DNA of 31,874 bases, taken from the NCBI GenBank assembly GCA_009602735.1, contig WELA01001020.1, positions 119,392-151,265 on the forward strand, given 5' to 3'. This stretch comes from Mesotaenium endlicherianum. Taxonomy: Eukaryota. Every line of letters begins with the position of its first letter. Position 1 is the first letter of the stretch. Below the pieces are notes generated by a model. The model worked only from the letters and a program-made list of their open reading frames with translations. It made no database searches and was not told the DNA's origin. The position numbers and the translations under genes were made by a program. Positions 17,342 through 29,657 of this stretch are shown here, in pieces.

Positions 17342-18490
17342 CCCCCCCCTTCGCTCATTAGACCCGGTAGCTCAAAAAGCTGAGGTATTGCTCTCGTGAA
17401 ATCTTCAACTTTGTTGGGTATGTAGACGCGCAGATTCATGTTAATTAAGCCACAATGATACTCATCTGTGATTGTGGTAGGGCTAGGAGGAGCTAGGGGC
17501 ATGTACGCTACTGCAAGTTAGGGGATTTTGCTCCAGGTTAGCAGATTTGTTGATGGCATGTAACCAGCTATTTCCAGGTACAGGTACCTGTTCAAAGCTG
17601 ACAGGCCAGAGCTCAGCATGATTCCCCGAAGTAATCAAAGGTGACAGTTGCAATAGTCATCAGCACGTGTCACGCGTCTCCCTGTCTTGATGCATGCATG
17701 TTGCCCAATATATTACTCATGTAGTGAGAAAGTGGACTGATCTTGCTATTTCAATTTGTATGTTACTAGACTTGCTTTGCAGATACTGAGCTTGTACATC
17801 TCTGCACGTGGTCCCAGCAGGATGAGTGGACATTGAGCTCCTGTTAATTTATTGGACTGATTAACTTGTTTACTCCAATTAATACCAACTAATTTTTGTT
17901 TTAGTTTTTTCCAGTGTAGCACGTGCAGAGCTGCAGTCCTCGATGAATGCATGACAAAAGTTGTACTTCATTTCTAAGGATTTATTTTGATAACTAGCTA
18001 AAGGTCTTTGACCTTAAACGAAAAGTAAGCCACTGATCGTGCAAGTCTGCGTGAGCATGTCCATACTGATCGCGCACAGAACCGCACACATTCCTGATGA
18101 ATATATCTTGCTGCCATTAAGACAGCCTGTATGATGCTTGGTTATTGCAAGGAGAAAACAAACTGCCTCTACTACATGGCTAATAGTACCCACGACAGCT
18201 ATCATTTACATCCTTTGCCATGAGTCATCAACAATAATTTCTTACATATTATAGGTACATTCCCAGAACTTGTCTCCATAATTACGTACCACAAGTTCCA
18301 GAGCAGGAGTCTCATGTACCCCTATAGCAACCTGAAAGAAGATTATATTATAGGCGATGTGTTGTACGATCAAAGCAGAGGACCACTGTGTAGGCGGGTT
18401 TGCAGTGATCGATGAGGCAAGGGTGTATAGGGAATCTGTTCCACAATATACGGGCAGGTCCATGCTCTTGTGTGAAGAATTGCCCAGTTC

Positions 18491-21400
18491 TCAAGTGGGT
18501 AAGGGTTCCCCAGTTGACCAAAGAGGTCTCAAAGCATTCAAGGAAACAAACAGCACAAATACAGCCTGCAAACTAGCAAGAAAGGCAAGTTGACAGGCGA
18601 CCTTGCCGTGTACATGCTTCTCGTCACCATGGGACCTTGTAAGGAGCTTGGTCTCCAGTTCATGAACCTTCTTCTGCAATGAAGCAACGTTCTCACGGGA
18701 TGCCTTCCTGGCAGCTTCAGAGGCTGCCAGCTGTCCAGCAAGGCGGAGAGAATCCTCTTCTGCCCCCTGGAAACCTTCGGCGCCAGCACCAGCAGCAGCT
18801 GCAGCAACGGACAACGCCTGGCCTGGCTCTCTGCCAAGTGGCGGCTTCCCAGTGGCCGGTGAGGTCGGCAAAGTCCCCCCCTGGCTCGCTTGCAGAGACG
18901 TCAGCAGGGATGCTGCTCGTCGGGCCTCCTCCTCTGCTTCCTCCCGCAGCCTGCGCACACAGAGCCGCCAAGTGCTGAAGCCTCTTCACCCTCCCACAGA
19001 GCGGCATGGAAAGTAAACCTGCTGCTAGGCCTGGAACAGCCCTTGCTGGTGGTGTGAGCATGCCACAACGCTGGCCCCAGGTGTCATCACCTAGGTGTGG
19101 CCACGCACGCTGCCATGTGCACCCTGGCATGCCGGCTGACAGCAGAGGCCCGTGCGGGACAGGTCATGGAGGCATCAGGCCAGCCCAGGCAAGGCAAGCG
19201 GGCGAGGGAGCGCGGCCCACACCTGTACTCGCGCTCCACCTGCTGCTGGAGCTCGCGAGCGTTGCCGGAGAGCGCCTGGACGTCCTGCGACATCGACAGC
19301 AGCTGCTGGCTGAGCGCCATGGACCGCCCCTCCTCCTCCCTGTGCTTCCTCTCCACCTCCGCAAACCTCTTCTGCACCCCCCCCTTCCCCCCACCCTCCA
19401 CCAACACCATACGCACGCAGCAGCGACAACAATTCAGCGCAAACATCAGACACCATCCTCACCAGGCATGCACGCACCACGCATGCACGCACCACACATG
19501 CGAGCACAGGCAGACGTGCACGTGCGCGTGCCTGTCCGAACGCTCGCCTCACCCCGGCTTTCTAATACGGCCCTCGCACACCAGAGACAAACATCGGCTA
19601 CAGAAAAATGAAGAATGTCTCTGCGTGGTCAGCTGGACGAGCAGGCAAGCAATAGACAAGCGCTGCATGGGTGGCTTGCTTCCAGAAGCTGGCAAACTAC
19701 TCCAGGGACCACTCAGACCCACTCGGCCAACCACACGCGTGCACAGAGACACGCACACATGCACACGCGTCCGCACACATAGCCGAGCAAGAAAAAGGAG
19801 CAGCAGGCGTGCCCAGAGCTGCTGAGTCCCACACAATCAGAGCAACCTCTAAGCCATGTGCGCGGGCACTGATGCACATCTGCAGACGTGTGCGCACGCG
19901 CGTGCGCATCCACTCTCGCGCACGCAGACTCGTGTGCGCGCGCGTGCACCAAGCCGAGCCGGTTCGACTCGAAACGGCTCCGCCCAAACACACCGCGACG
20001 GCGGTAGTGATGGTGCTAGCATGGAGGAAGGGGGTGCTGGGAGCAGCGCTCGTGAGGGGGAAGGGGAGNNNNNNNNNNNNNNNNNNNNNNNNNNNNNNNN
20101 NNNNNNNNNNNNNNGGGGGGAGTACCTGGAGGTCCGGGATGGAGGGGGTGGCCTTGAGCGATGCAAGCTCCTCCTCCACGCTCTCCGCTCTCGCCTCCGC
20201 TTCCCTCAGCTCTGCGCAAGCGTCACCGTCACCGTCACCATGAGCATCACCACAGAACGAGCACAACGCCGGCACGGGCAGCGCAGGGAGGCAGGGGGGG
20301 CCCTGCTGAGACAACTCTGCCTCGAGCTCCAAGGCTGGCCCACCCAAGCCAGGTGTCCCACTGCCGCGCTGACGAGCTGTTCTCAGTCGTGAGGGAACAG
20401 ACACTGAACCCCCCGCCCTCTCCCTCTTTCATCCGTCTCTTTCCCCCCCCCCNNNNNNNNNNNNNNNNNNNNNNNNNNNNNNCCCCCCCAGGCTCCTTCC
20501 CTCATCTTGCAGCAGGCAGCGCCAGGAACGAGTCAGAGCGCGTGAGCCAACCAGCCTCAGCCTCAGTCTCAGCCACGAGCCTCCAGCCAGCTAGCGACTA
20601 GTCTGCTCATGCCTGCTGCTACAGTCGTGTCTCTGCCTCGCCTAGAGGAGGGGAGAGGGCCTCGGCTGCACCCTCTGCAGAAGAAAACGCGCACACCCTA
20701 TGCCTACTGCAGCTGTGCAGACCATCTGAGCCAAATTTAAGACAACATATCCTGCAGTAGCGTCTGAGATGATTAACTGTCCAACGCGTAAGTGAAGGCA
20801 CAAGCGCACACACACATGCGCCCACGCACACACACAACACGCGCGCGCGCATGCGTATTTGCATATAAACATCACAGAAGCATGACAAGTTGGCTCCCAC
20901 GAGCGCGGGATGGAGGGTGCGGGGCCGCTGGGGGGCTGGGGAAATGGGGGGGGACTCGGGTGGGGGGAGGGGCGTGCTGACCAGAGCGCAGCCCATCGCA
21001 TTCGGCGCTCAGCTTCTGGCGAGCGGCTGAGCTCTCCCGCTCCTTGATCCTCAACCCGCGGATGAGCGCCTGCTCTTCGAGCAGCAGCTGCATCAGCTCC
21101 TTGATGGCCGACTCATGCACCGACACCTGGCGGGCCCTGGGAAGCTGCCTGGGCTCCCCGCTACTCCCGGGTGCGCCGGGCCACTTGCTGTATAAACTGA
21201 AAGTTCCGTAATCGCCGGCCCCCTCCTCCCCACTACCCCGCTCAATGTTTGCCCCCCCACCTTCAACTTCCGGTCCTACCTCTCCCTCCGGGAGGTGGCC
21301 GTTCTCTGAGCGCACGTTGCCCTCGTCCAATGCCTGGTGGTGGGGAGTGTGGCAGAGGAGCAGGAAGTGCCCGCTGGGGCTGCGTGTGAACGCCTGCGGG

Positions 21401-22572
21401 TCGAGCAGCACCTCCTCTATGCTGATGTCACCGCCCCCGGAGCAGTCCCAAGCAGGCCCGGCAGCAGCCTCTGCGGCTGGGCCCTCCTGCCTGCCAGGTG
21501 TCCCCTCCTCTTCCTGCTCCATCCTCCTGCAGCCCTCTGCCCCTGCGCCCACGGAAGATGCAGACTGGGAGCTCTCACTTGAGTGCCCCAGGGACCTGTC
21601 GTGCTGCCAGGCTGATCCAAGTGATACCAGCTGGCCAGGCCTCCCGCTGCCAGGTATCCCTGCGCCTGCGCCTGCGTCTGCGCCTGCGCCTGTGCCTGCT
21701 TTGTGCCCTCTCCCAAAGTCCAGCTTCTTAGCCAGGGCTGTAGCATCCTGCAGGGGAGAGGGAGAGGGAGAGGGAGAGGGGAGGGAGGAGGAGGCCGAGC
21801 CCAAGTCAGCATACTCTTTCTCTTCCTCCTCTTCCTCAGTGGCAGCACCCCTTGCAGATGCGCCTGTTGGCACGACACCTGCCCTTCCAGGAGCCACCAG
21901 CGTGCCGCCGTATGTGGACGTGGCCGACCGCATGTCCATCAGAATGGCCGGCGCCGCCGCCTGGCGTGTGTCTCGCACCGTCACCAGGATGGCCGGAGAC
22001 AGGCCCGCAGGTCCCGCTCCTCCTGCTGCCTCTGCTCTCGCTGCTGGTCCTCGTGCACCTGCAGAGCCGCCCTTTATCTGACCGCCAACCGTCGGGACGA
22101 GAGATGCCGTTTCAGAGGCAACACCTGGCAGGGGCCCGGAATGCGCCTCTCCCCCTCCCCACAAGGCAGGTGCCTGCCAAGGCCTCCTGAGCCCTCCTCC
22201 TCCTCCTCCTCCTGCTGCTGCTGCTGCTGCTCCTGCTGCTGTTTCGGCGCCACTGCCACCATTGCCGCCAGCAGACAGCGACGAGGTCAGCACAGACTTG
22301 CCGCCGCCGCCGCCGCCGCCGCTACCGCCGCCGCTGTTGCCCGTGCTGCCGCTTGCACCGCCGCCTGCGTCGATGGCGGAGCGCACCATCCGGCAGGCGG
22401 CCTTGAGCTCCGCCAGCTTGCGCTGCATCTCTCCCAGCGGCAGCGCCTCCCGCTCCCGCTCTTGCTCCCTCGCACTCATCGGCATGATGGCCGCGGCGGC
22501 TGCGGCCACAGACGCGGCGGAGTTTGACTGAGACCGCACGGCGTGGCCGTCGCCGCCACTCGAGCTGCTGGC
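18491..22572 (-). CDS. Low-complexity coiled-coil tail-anchored membrane protein with a plant KASH-like C-terminus (TM + PLPT); 5' end uncertain
   Basis: Exons 22572-20982, 20211-20126, 19371-19223, 18950-18491 splice in frame with GT-AG (2286 nt). Heptad-like segments (AIKELMQLLLEEQALIRGLRIKERESSAARQKLSAECDGLRSELREAEARAESVEEELASLK; LSQQLLSMSQDVQALSGNARELQQQVEREYRLREEAEEE; VASLQKKVHELETKL), then hydrophobic VACQLAFLASLQAVFVLFVSLNAL and tail RPLWSTGEPLPT*. Candidate starts are the ATG at 22485 or an upstream exon beginning at ATG 22837. Confidence 0.75.
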
Positions 22573-22753
22573 CTGATGACGCACACACGCACACGCAGAG
22601 GGGTGCATGCGCAGCACGACAGCACTGCACGTCTCAGGCCAGGCGGTCGGAGGACGGGGGAGGAGAAGAAGGGGGGGAGGGGGGAAGGGGGGAGGGGAAC
22701 GACACGAGCATTCTGAAGAAGAGGGGCCTCTTGCCGCCGTTGCCGTCGCTGCT

Positions 22754-24799
22754 GCTGCTGCTGCTGCTGGGCGCGCGGCTGTGGCTAAGTGGAGTCTGGA
22801 TGTGGTTCTGCGAGTTTTTGAAATCTGTAATAACCATCTCCGACCCCCTTCTGCTTCTGCTCTCTCTCTCTCCTCTACTTCTCTCCCTTTCCCCTCTCTC
22901 TTCCTCAGCGTGCATGTGTGTGCAAGTGTTTATGTGTGTGTGTGTGCGATCTCAATTCCTAGACCGTGCATGCATGTCAACTCTAGGAGCAATGCGCGCG
23001 TCACAACCGGCACCGACTTCCTTTCGTCCGCCCGGTGGAAACCCAGAGGGGATACAGAGAAAGAGAGCAAGAGGGCAAGAGATGAGGCGCTTGGACCGTA
23101 GCTCGCACTGCAAGGGTGTGCAAGAAGGTATACGTGGACATGACTGAGGCCACTGGAAGGAAGAGAAAGGACGGCGTGAGCGACGCAACCGGGCACCTCG
23201 CTGCTGTGCGAGAGAGGGGCCGCTCGCTTCAGGGCCCTTTCACCCCCACTGCCACCACCAACCGGGCCTCTCAGCAAAGGAGGGGCCGCATATACACCAG
23301 TGCGGAGAAAGGGTTCCTCCTCATGATGCATGCCAGCAAGTCCCACACCCCCACACAGGAGCCCCTCCTTCGCTCGCCCTCTCACTCTCTCTCTTTGAGT
23401 AGGAGCAACGATTGACAAAACATACAGGAAAGATACCCCGACTCCCAATCTCACCCCTTTGCTTCTCTCCCCTCCCCCCCCTCCCCCCTCCCCCAGTGTG
23501 TGTGTTTGTGTGTGTGGAGGGGGGGAGGGAAGCGAGCGGGGCTGACGGAGGGACTGACCATGTCATTGTAGTGCTTGTGTGTGGCCAGGTACTTCTTGAG
23601 GGCCTTGCCCAGCTGGCCCTGGCGCGCGTGGCTGTCGCCTGTCTGCAGCTCGTACCACATGGCCTGCATGTCAAACAGGTTGTCGTGCTGCTCGCCGTCC
23701 TTGGTGAACAGCGCCGCTGTCTTCTCCGCCGCATCCACCTGCACCATTCTCCACCATCGCCATCCTCAGTGGGCAGCAGCCCCGCACACCACCCAACCCC
23801 GCTCACGTGCACAGCTGGCTGCTATGCTAACTGCTGGTGTAATTCCCTCCCTCCCTTGCTAGGCTGCTCTGCTCTGCTCAGCGGAGCTGAGCACATGCAC
23901 GTATGTGCCCTGCGCGCGTGCACACGCACACACTCTCACACGCAGGCACGCACATGCATGCACGAGAGCGCGGGTGGGGCGTGCCTGGTCCGCTTGGAGC
24001 ATGCGCTTGACGCACTCGGAGTTGAGGAAGCGGTCTGCCAGGTCCATCTGGCGCGCCTCGTCCGCNGCTGCTGCTGCTGCTGGGCGCGCGGCTGTGGCTA
24101 AGTGGAGTCTGGATGTGGTTCTGCGAGTTTTTGAAATCTGTAATAACCATCTCCGACCCCCTTCTGCTTCTGCTCTCTCTCTCTCCTCTACTTCTCTCCC
24201 TTTCCCCTCTCTCTTCCTCAGCGTGCATGTGTGTGCAAGTGTTTATGTGTGTGTGTGTGCGATCTCAATTCCTAGACCGTGCATGCATGTCAACTCTAGG
24301 AGCAATGCGCGCGTCACAACCGGCACCGACTTCCTTTCGTCCGCCCGGTGGAAACCCAGAGGGGATACAGAGAAAGAGAGCAAGAGGGCAAGAGATGAGG
24401 CGCTTGGACCGTAGCTCGCACTGCAAGGGTGTGCAAGAAGGTATACGTGGACATGACTGAGGCCACTGGAAGGAAGAGAAAGGACGGCGTGAGCGACGCA
24501 ACCGGGCACCTCGCTGCTGTGCGAGAGAGGGGCCGCTCGCTTCAGGGCCCTTTCACCCCCACTGCCACCACCAACCGGGCCTCTCAGCAAAGGAGGGGCC
24601 GCATATACACCAGTGCGGAGAAAGGGTTCCTCCTCATGATGCATGCCAGCAAGTCCCACACCCCCACACAGGAGCCCCTCCTTCGCTCGCCCTCTCACTC
24701 TCTCTCTTTGAGTAGGAGCAACGATTGACAAAACATACAGGAAAGATACCCCGACTCCCAATCTCACCCCTTTGCTTCTCTCCCCTCCCCCCCCTCCCC
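22754..24799 (+). repeat. Direct duplication of 733 bp (22754-23486 and 24067-24799)
   Basis: The two copies read identically by eye at a constant offset of 1313 nt and give identical ORF translations. The second copy is bounded by single Ns at 24066 and 24800. Confidence 0.93.
23559..24065 (-). CDS. NAA15: Two-exon internal fragment of the NatA N-terminal acetyltransferase auxiliary subunit (partial; probably misassembled)
   Basis: 24065-23985 ADEARQMDLADRFLNSECVKRMLQADQ joined through a GC-AG intron to 23738-23559 VDAAEKTAALFTKDGEQHDNLFDMQAMWYELQTGDSHARQGQLGKALKKYLATHKHYNDM. Matches the remembered NAA15 TPR-region motifs DEAR.MDLADR.INS and L.DMQ.MWY. Cut off by the N at 24066. Confidence 0.85.
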
Positions 24800-25734
24800 N
24801 AGAGACACGGCAGCTCGGCACTTCTGTGAGTGACTTGGACCCATACCTCGGGTATGGAGGGCTCAAAGGTCCCCTCGGGTTTCAGATTTAGGGTTGGTTC
24901 AGCATATGACACAGCCTTAGAGGAGGGCGCCTGTCCCCGCATGCCTCAGCTACTGCTGCTGCTGCTGGTGGTGGTGGTGGTGGTGCTGCTGCTGGTGGTG
25001 CTAAGCCCACACCCAGTGCAGGCCTGACAGCGGGGCACACACGAGCAGGTGCGCAGCCTGCTTGACCCTCGTGACGATTTGTGAGCCTGGGAGAGCCGGC
25101 TGCGCGGGCCGGGAGGGATGGCTTAATGCGAGTGAACAACACACAAGTACGCCAAAGTGTGTATGTGCGCGTTTGCAAACGCACATGCACATGCATATGT
25201 CTGCACCATGTGCGCACTATCTGTCTGCCCACATGCGTGGCAAAGTACATACATGTGTGTGTGTATATATATATACATATTAGGAAAGGGGAGGGGAGGG
25301 GTTGGGTGGCCAACCTCAAGCAAGGACGGGCTTCTGTCAGGGACACCTGGCGACTGCTGCAGGCGCCCCACAGGGGTGTTGCTCGGCGACACCTGTCCAG
25401 GCCCACTCTCACTGCCAACAGCTCGCCCTCCCCCGTCGTTTCCACTTCCCTCCGCATCCGCTCCCCCGCCTGCACGGCTGACAGCTGGCGGCTCCCAGGT
25501 GGACGACGACGAGGATGCGGCCACGTGGGCCCAGGAGGAGGCCAGCTCTTGCAGCAGCAGGCCTGGCATGCCCCCCTCCCCTCCCTGCGCACCAGCCAGA
25601 GCCCCACAAGCCTCCCCAATGAGCCACTGCCTCTGTCCGCAAGTCCTCTCTGTCCTTCTTAACGACGCCATCTGGAGCTTCTCGCCCTGCATCCCCAACG
25701 GCCTCTTGCTTAGAGGTCGCCTCTACGATTGTCG

Positions 25735-25825
<91 letters not shown>
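25735..25825. repeat. Poly-C homopolymer (91 nt) ending at an N
   Basis: Directly visible; its length is probably unreliable. Confidence 0.9.
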
Positions 25826-25922
25826 NCGCCGTGGGGGGCCCACATGAGCGGCAGCAAGCGTGTACGCGGGCCGAGGCTGCCTCAATTCTGCTCTTAATAA
25901 TGCTCTGGCTTTGGTTGAGTAT

Positions 25923-26075
<153 letters not shown>

Positions 26076-29000
26076 CTTGTGCGTCTGTACCCCCGACAGG
26101 CTTGATGCTCGCAGCGAGCTGTGTGGGCCTCCTGACTGACAGTGCTCAAAGTTCTTCTTTTCCCAAGAAAGGGGCACCACTGAAAGTTTCGTCCCTCTGA
26201 CTGACTGATCAAGACAGCACCCGTTGCTCTCCACCCGCCCGCCCGCCCGCCCAATGTATGAATATATGCAAACTTGCGCCAGGGGCGAGCAGAGCCCACC
26301 AACAGCTGGTCACATGATGCTGCTCCCCCTTCCCTCCCCCCCCCTCCCCCTCGCTGTGCTCGTTCCGAGATACCTCCCTGCTCCTACTCAGGAAGCAGCA
26401 GCAGCTTGCAGCTCCAGGGGGGGGGGGCTTTCCCCGGCTGATTCCACTGACCGCGGCAATGGCACGTAACTCTTGAGCATGGATGGGGCGTTGGCCCTTA
26501 GCCGTGGGCAGGTGTGCAGCCTCCACTCGGCTCGTGCAACGCGCAGGCCACAGGGGCCACATGGAGGGAGACAGGGAGGGAGGCCGGGGAAGAGGGAGGG
26601 GCCCTGCTCCGGCATGCTGCTGGCTGATGGGTGCCGGCTTACTGGGCCGCTCAGAAGGGGCTGTAGGTTTCAGAGGAGGAGGAGAGGGAGGGCGGCGCGC
26701 GTCGTGCGTCTAGCGGCTCTCACCTGCGCGTACGCCATGCCGCCCATCAGGGCCTGCAGCCGACTCACGTCCTCCGACAGGCTCTGCACGCAAAATGGCT
26801 CGCAGAGCTCATCATCCCAACTGCAGGTGAAGAAAAGGATGTGTGCTGTGTGTGTGCGCGCGTGTGCGCGTGTGTGAGAGCCTGAGAGGGAGAGAGAGCG
26901 AGACTGTGTGAGCTATATGTGGGCGGAAGAATGTGTAGTGTGTGAGTGTGTGCGTGAGTGCGCGCGCGCCCCTCTTCCCTCTAGTCCTCTGCTCTGTCCC
27001 GGCTACCTCCCCCTACCCTCACCTCCCCCACAACTTCCTCCCCCACTTTCCCCCCTCAGAGTCATCCCTGCCCACCCCAACGCTTGCGGGAGCACACAGA
27101 CACACGCACACAGACACACACACACACACACACCCGCCTGCGTCTATGAGGTGGGTGCGGAAGGTGTTGGGGGAGAGTGGGAGGGAGATGAAGGGGAGGT
27201 GGTGTGTGGAAGGGCCAAGCGGAGCCGGGATACAGAGAGGGCTAGAGGGGAACGGGGCAACTAACACCCTCACAGAGTAGCCTTAGCAACTGCTTAGCTC
27301 GATCCACAGAAAAGTGTACTCGCCTGTCCTTATCCTGTCTGATGTTTCAGAGGCCTCTATTGGTCCTTTCTATGTTCGCATTAAGGTGTACGTTATTTAA
27401 GGAAAGAGTAGGGAAGCCCTAGAAGTACAATCTCTAAGAGTGCACGCCAGGAGCTCTTCTATGAGTGGGGCATCCAAGAACTCCCGAAGGCTGCATGGCT
27501 CCTCTCGCTTACGCCTCTCAGCAATGGGTGACAAGGGTGCGCATACGTTTTGCCTGGGGGCCTGGTTCTCTACTTTCGAAGTGGGTGCGTATATCGAACA
27601 TCATCTCATCTTCCAGTCAGGTACTGCAGTGGGCACATCCAATTCTGGTCTAGGAAACCTCCCCGTCTAGGGAACACGATAACTCTTTTTACAAGCTCGA
27701 AGGCGTTCACAGACCTCTTTCCGCTGCAATGCATTGACCTTGCTCTGACTCTAAGCTTTGCTGAACACTCTGCCTTGGACAAGAGTTGGATTTACAACCT
27801 TTTTTGGCTGTCAGGCGTGTGCATATATTTTGAAAGAAACGTAGCGAATTAAGGCTGGAAAAGGACTCGTACCTCCATTTCTTCGTGAAGGATTGACGTC
27901 TGTTGAAGGCTACTACTGCCCGAGGAAAGTGTATCAGTACTCCTCATCTCCCTATCTATACCAGCTCTCATAGTGCCTCCTTTATGTCTCACCAAACACG
28001 TCCCACATGTCAGAAGCTTAATGTTAATCTTCGACGATCTTAGGTACAGGAATGGACTTTCTTCAATTCACCAGCCACAACAGGGAGCCTTTCTGGAAAG
28101 CAGAAGCCACAACATGTTGATCACAGCATATGCCTGTCCCGGTCTTCTGCGATGCGGTTATGAGATTATCGTGCATTATGAAGCTACACGGCAAGCATCC
28201 ACTATATATATCAATACAGGTGTGCTTCAGGTCTCTCTTTTTATTGTACTATACTTGATACTACTCCATCCAACTCCATCACATATTTCAGTTACCTCGT
28301 GACTCCATCACTTCGTTCCAGCTTCATGCATTGACTGCTTTGGACCGCTTTGGACCTCCTAGTCCTCACAGTGCGTGCCCAGATCTCGGGTGATCTTGGG
28401 CAATCTCGGGACTTCTCTCCTTGGATACCTGAACCAAATTTTCGCTGGATTTGGTACGGACCTTGGCAGCCCTTGGTGGTCCTTGGCGTCTCCTAGGGCG
28501 TGCGAGCGCGTGTTAGGTTGTTAAATTGATTGGGCCCAAATTGATGTTACATCTCAACCTGTTTCAACCTGTTGTTGCAACGTCCGGCGTTGAAACGTCA
28601 TTCTAAGCAAATCTAGGAGTAGTGCAGGCGAGTGCAGGAGTTCGCAGGAAGTCCGCGCTGAGTCCTGGCTGAGTTGGGAGTCTGACTCGGGAGTCTGACT
28701 CGGGTTCTCCACGTAGCTCCTCGCAGGGCCAGGCTCCGCAAGTCCATGGCTGACCAAATGCAGCTGGCGTCCTTAATTCTGTCCCCATTTCGTAGCTCAA
28801 GTTCGTACTGGGCATGCAGTACCTTACGTGAAGTATCTTTAGTCTTAATTCGACCCTCATTCGAAGCTGTTTTGGATGCATTTCTTTACGTCAGCTTTCT
28901 TCTTCGAAACTCAAAGAGTGTCGGTTTAACCCTTCAAATGGCCTTTGAGCAGATGGCTTAGTCACAAGATAGGAACTACATCAGGTCGAAAGTTTGCCAC

Positions 29001-29341
29001 TAAAGAAAATTTCAGGTGAATTCTCCAGCTCCTTCTAAAAAATTGTGTGTGTTTGACCAATTAATTTTACCCCTGCTTCTTAACATCAACGTAATGGTTG
29101 AATAATGCATATGGTCGTGCTATACAATTGCGACGATTGACAAAAGCTTGTCATTTCAGCCTGATATGCTGAAGCCATTCTGCAATGCCACAGTGCTCCT
29201 TCCCGTCACACATGGGCAGCCTATCCTCAATGGCATGAGGCGAAAAGTAAAAAGAAGAGACTTTGAAATTCCTCGTGGAAGTCCTTCGTGAGACTATGTA
29301 AGAGGAGTTTGTATGGAGGTGCAAGCTCACGTGGGCACGCA

Positions 29342-29344
<3 letters not shown>

Positions 29345-29379
<35 letters not shown>
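29345..29379. repeat. (CA)n microsatellite
   Basis: Directly visible CA run upstream of the MoCF/CinA-domain gene. Confidence 0.95.
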
Positions 29380-29381
<2 letters not shown>

Positions 29382-29657
29382 CACGGACGCACACTTCCAC
29401 CCACCCACACAGATACACACGAACAAGCAGAATACTCTACATCGGAAAGGGCAGGCCTGAGCCTGCGACATGCCAGCACTGCACGAAGCCCTCCGCTAGG
29501 GGCCACAGTAACACACGCGATTGCAGTGTGCCTTTGGCAGGCTGACGGAAACAGGAACAGGAGCAGAGCCGGGGGCAGGAATAGGACGTCGCTCCTGCCG
29601 GGTGGTGCTTCTACAACACGACCGCATCAGCATTGGCTCCAGAGCTAGCGGGCCGCC

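Noticed and set aside
16493..17502. Long ORFs spanning N runs (also 7515-8150)
   Set aside because: They are open only because the N bases contain no stop codons.
21245..22527. Long plus-strand ORFs opposite the KASH-like large exon
   Set aside because: Antisense shadows expected in very GC-rich coding DNA.
22754..24799. Direct repeats read as LTRs of a small retroelement (TRIM)
   Set aside because: No TG...CA termini, primer-binding site or target duplication, and the boundaries coincide with Ns and simple repeats.
24847..24942. Peptide KAVSYAEPTLNLK resembling the shugoshin C-terminal basic motif
   Set aside because: Lacks the flanking basic residues (upstream RRxR, downstream MRR), and no shugoshin N-terminal coiled coil could be linked to it.
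28676..28704. Two-copy 13-bp tandem repeat GGGAGTCTGACTC (similarly AACTTCAGTG x2 near 13553)
   Set aside because: Only two adjacent units with no spacers; not a CRISPR array and no function can be supported.
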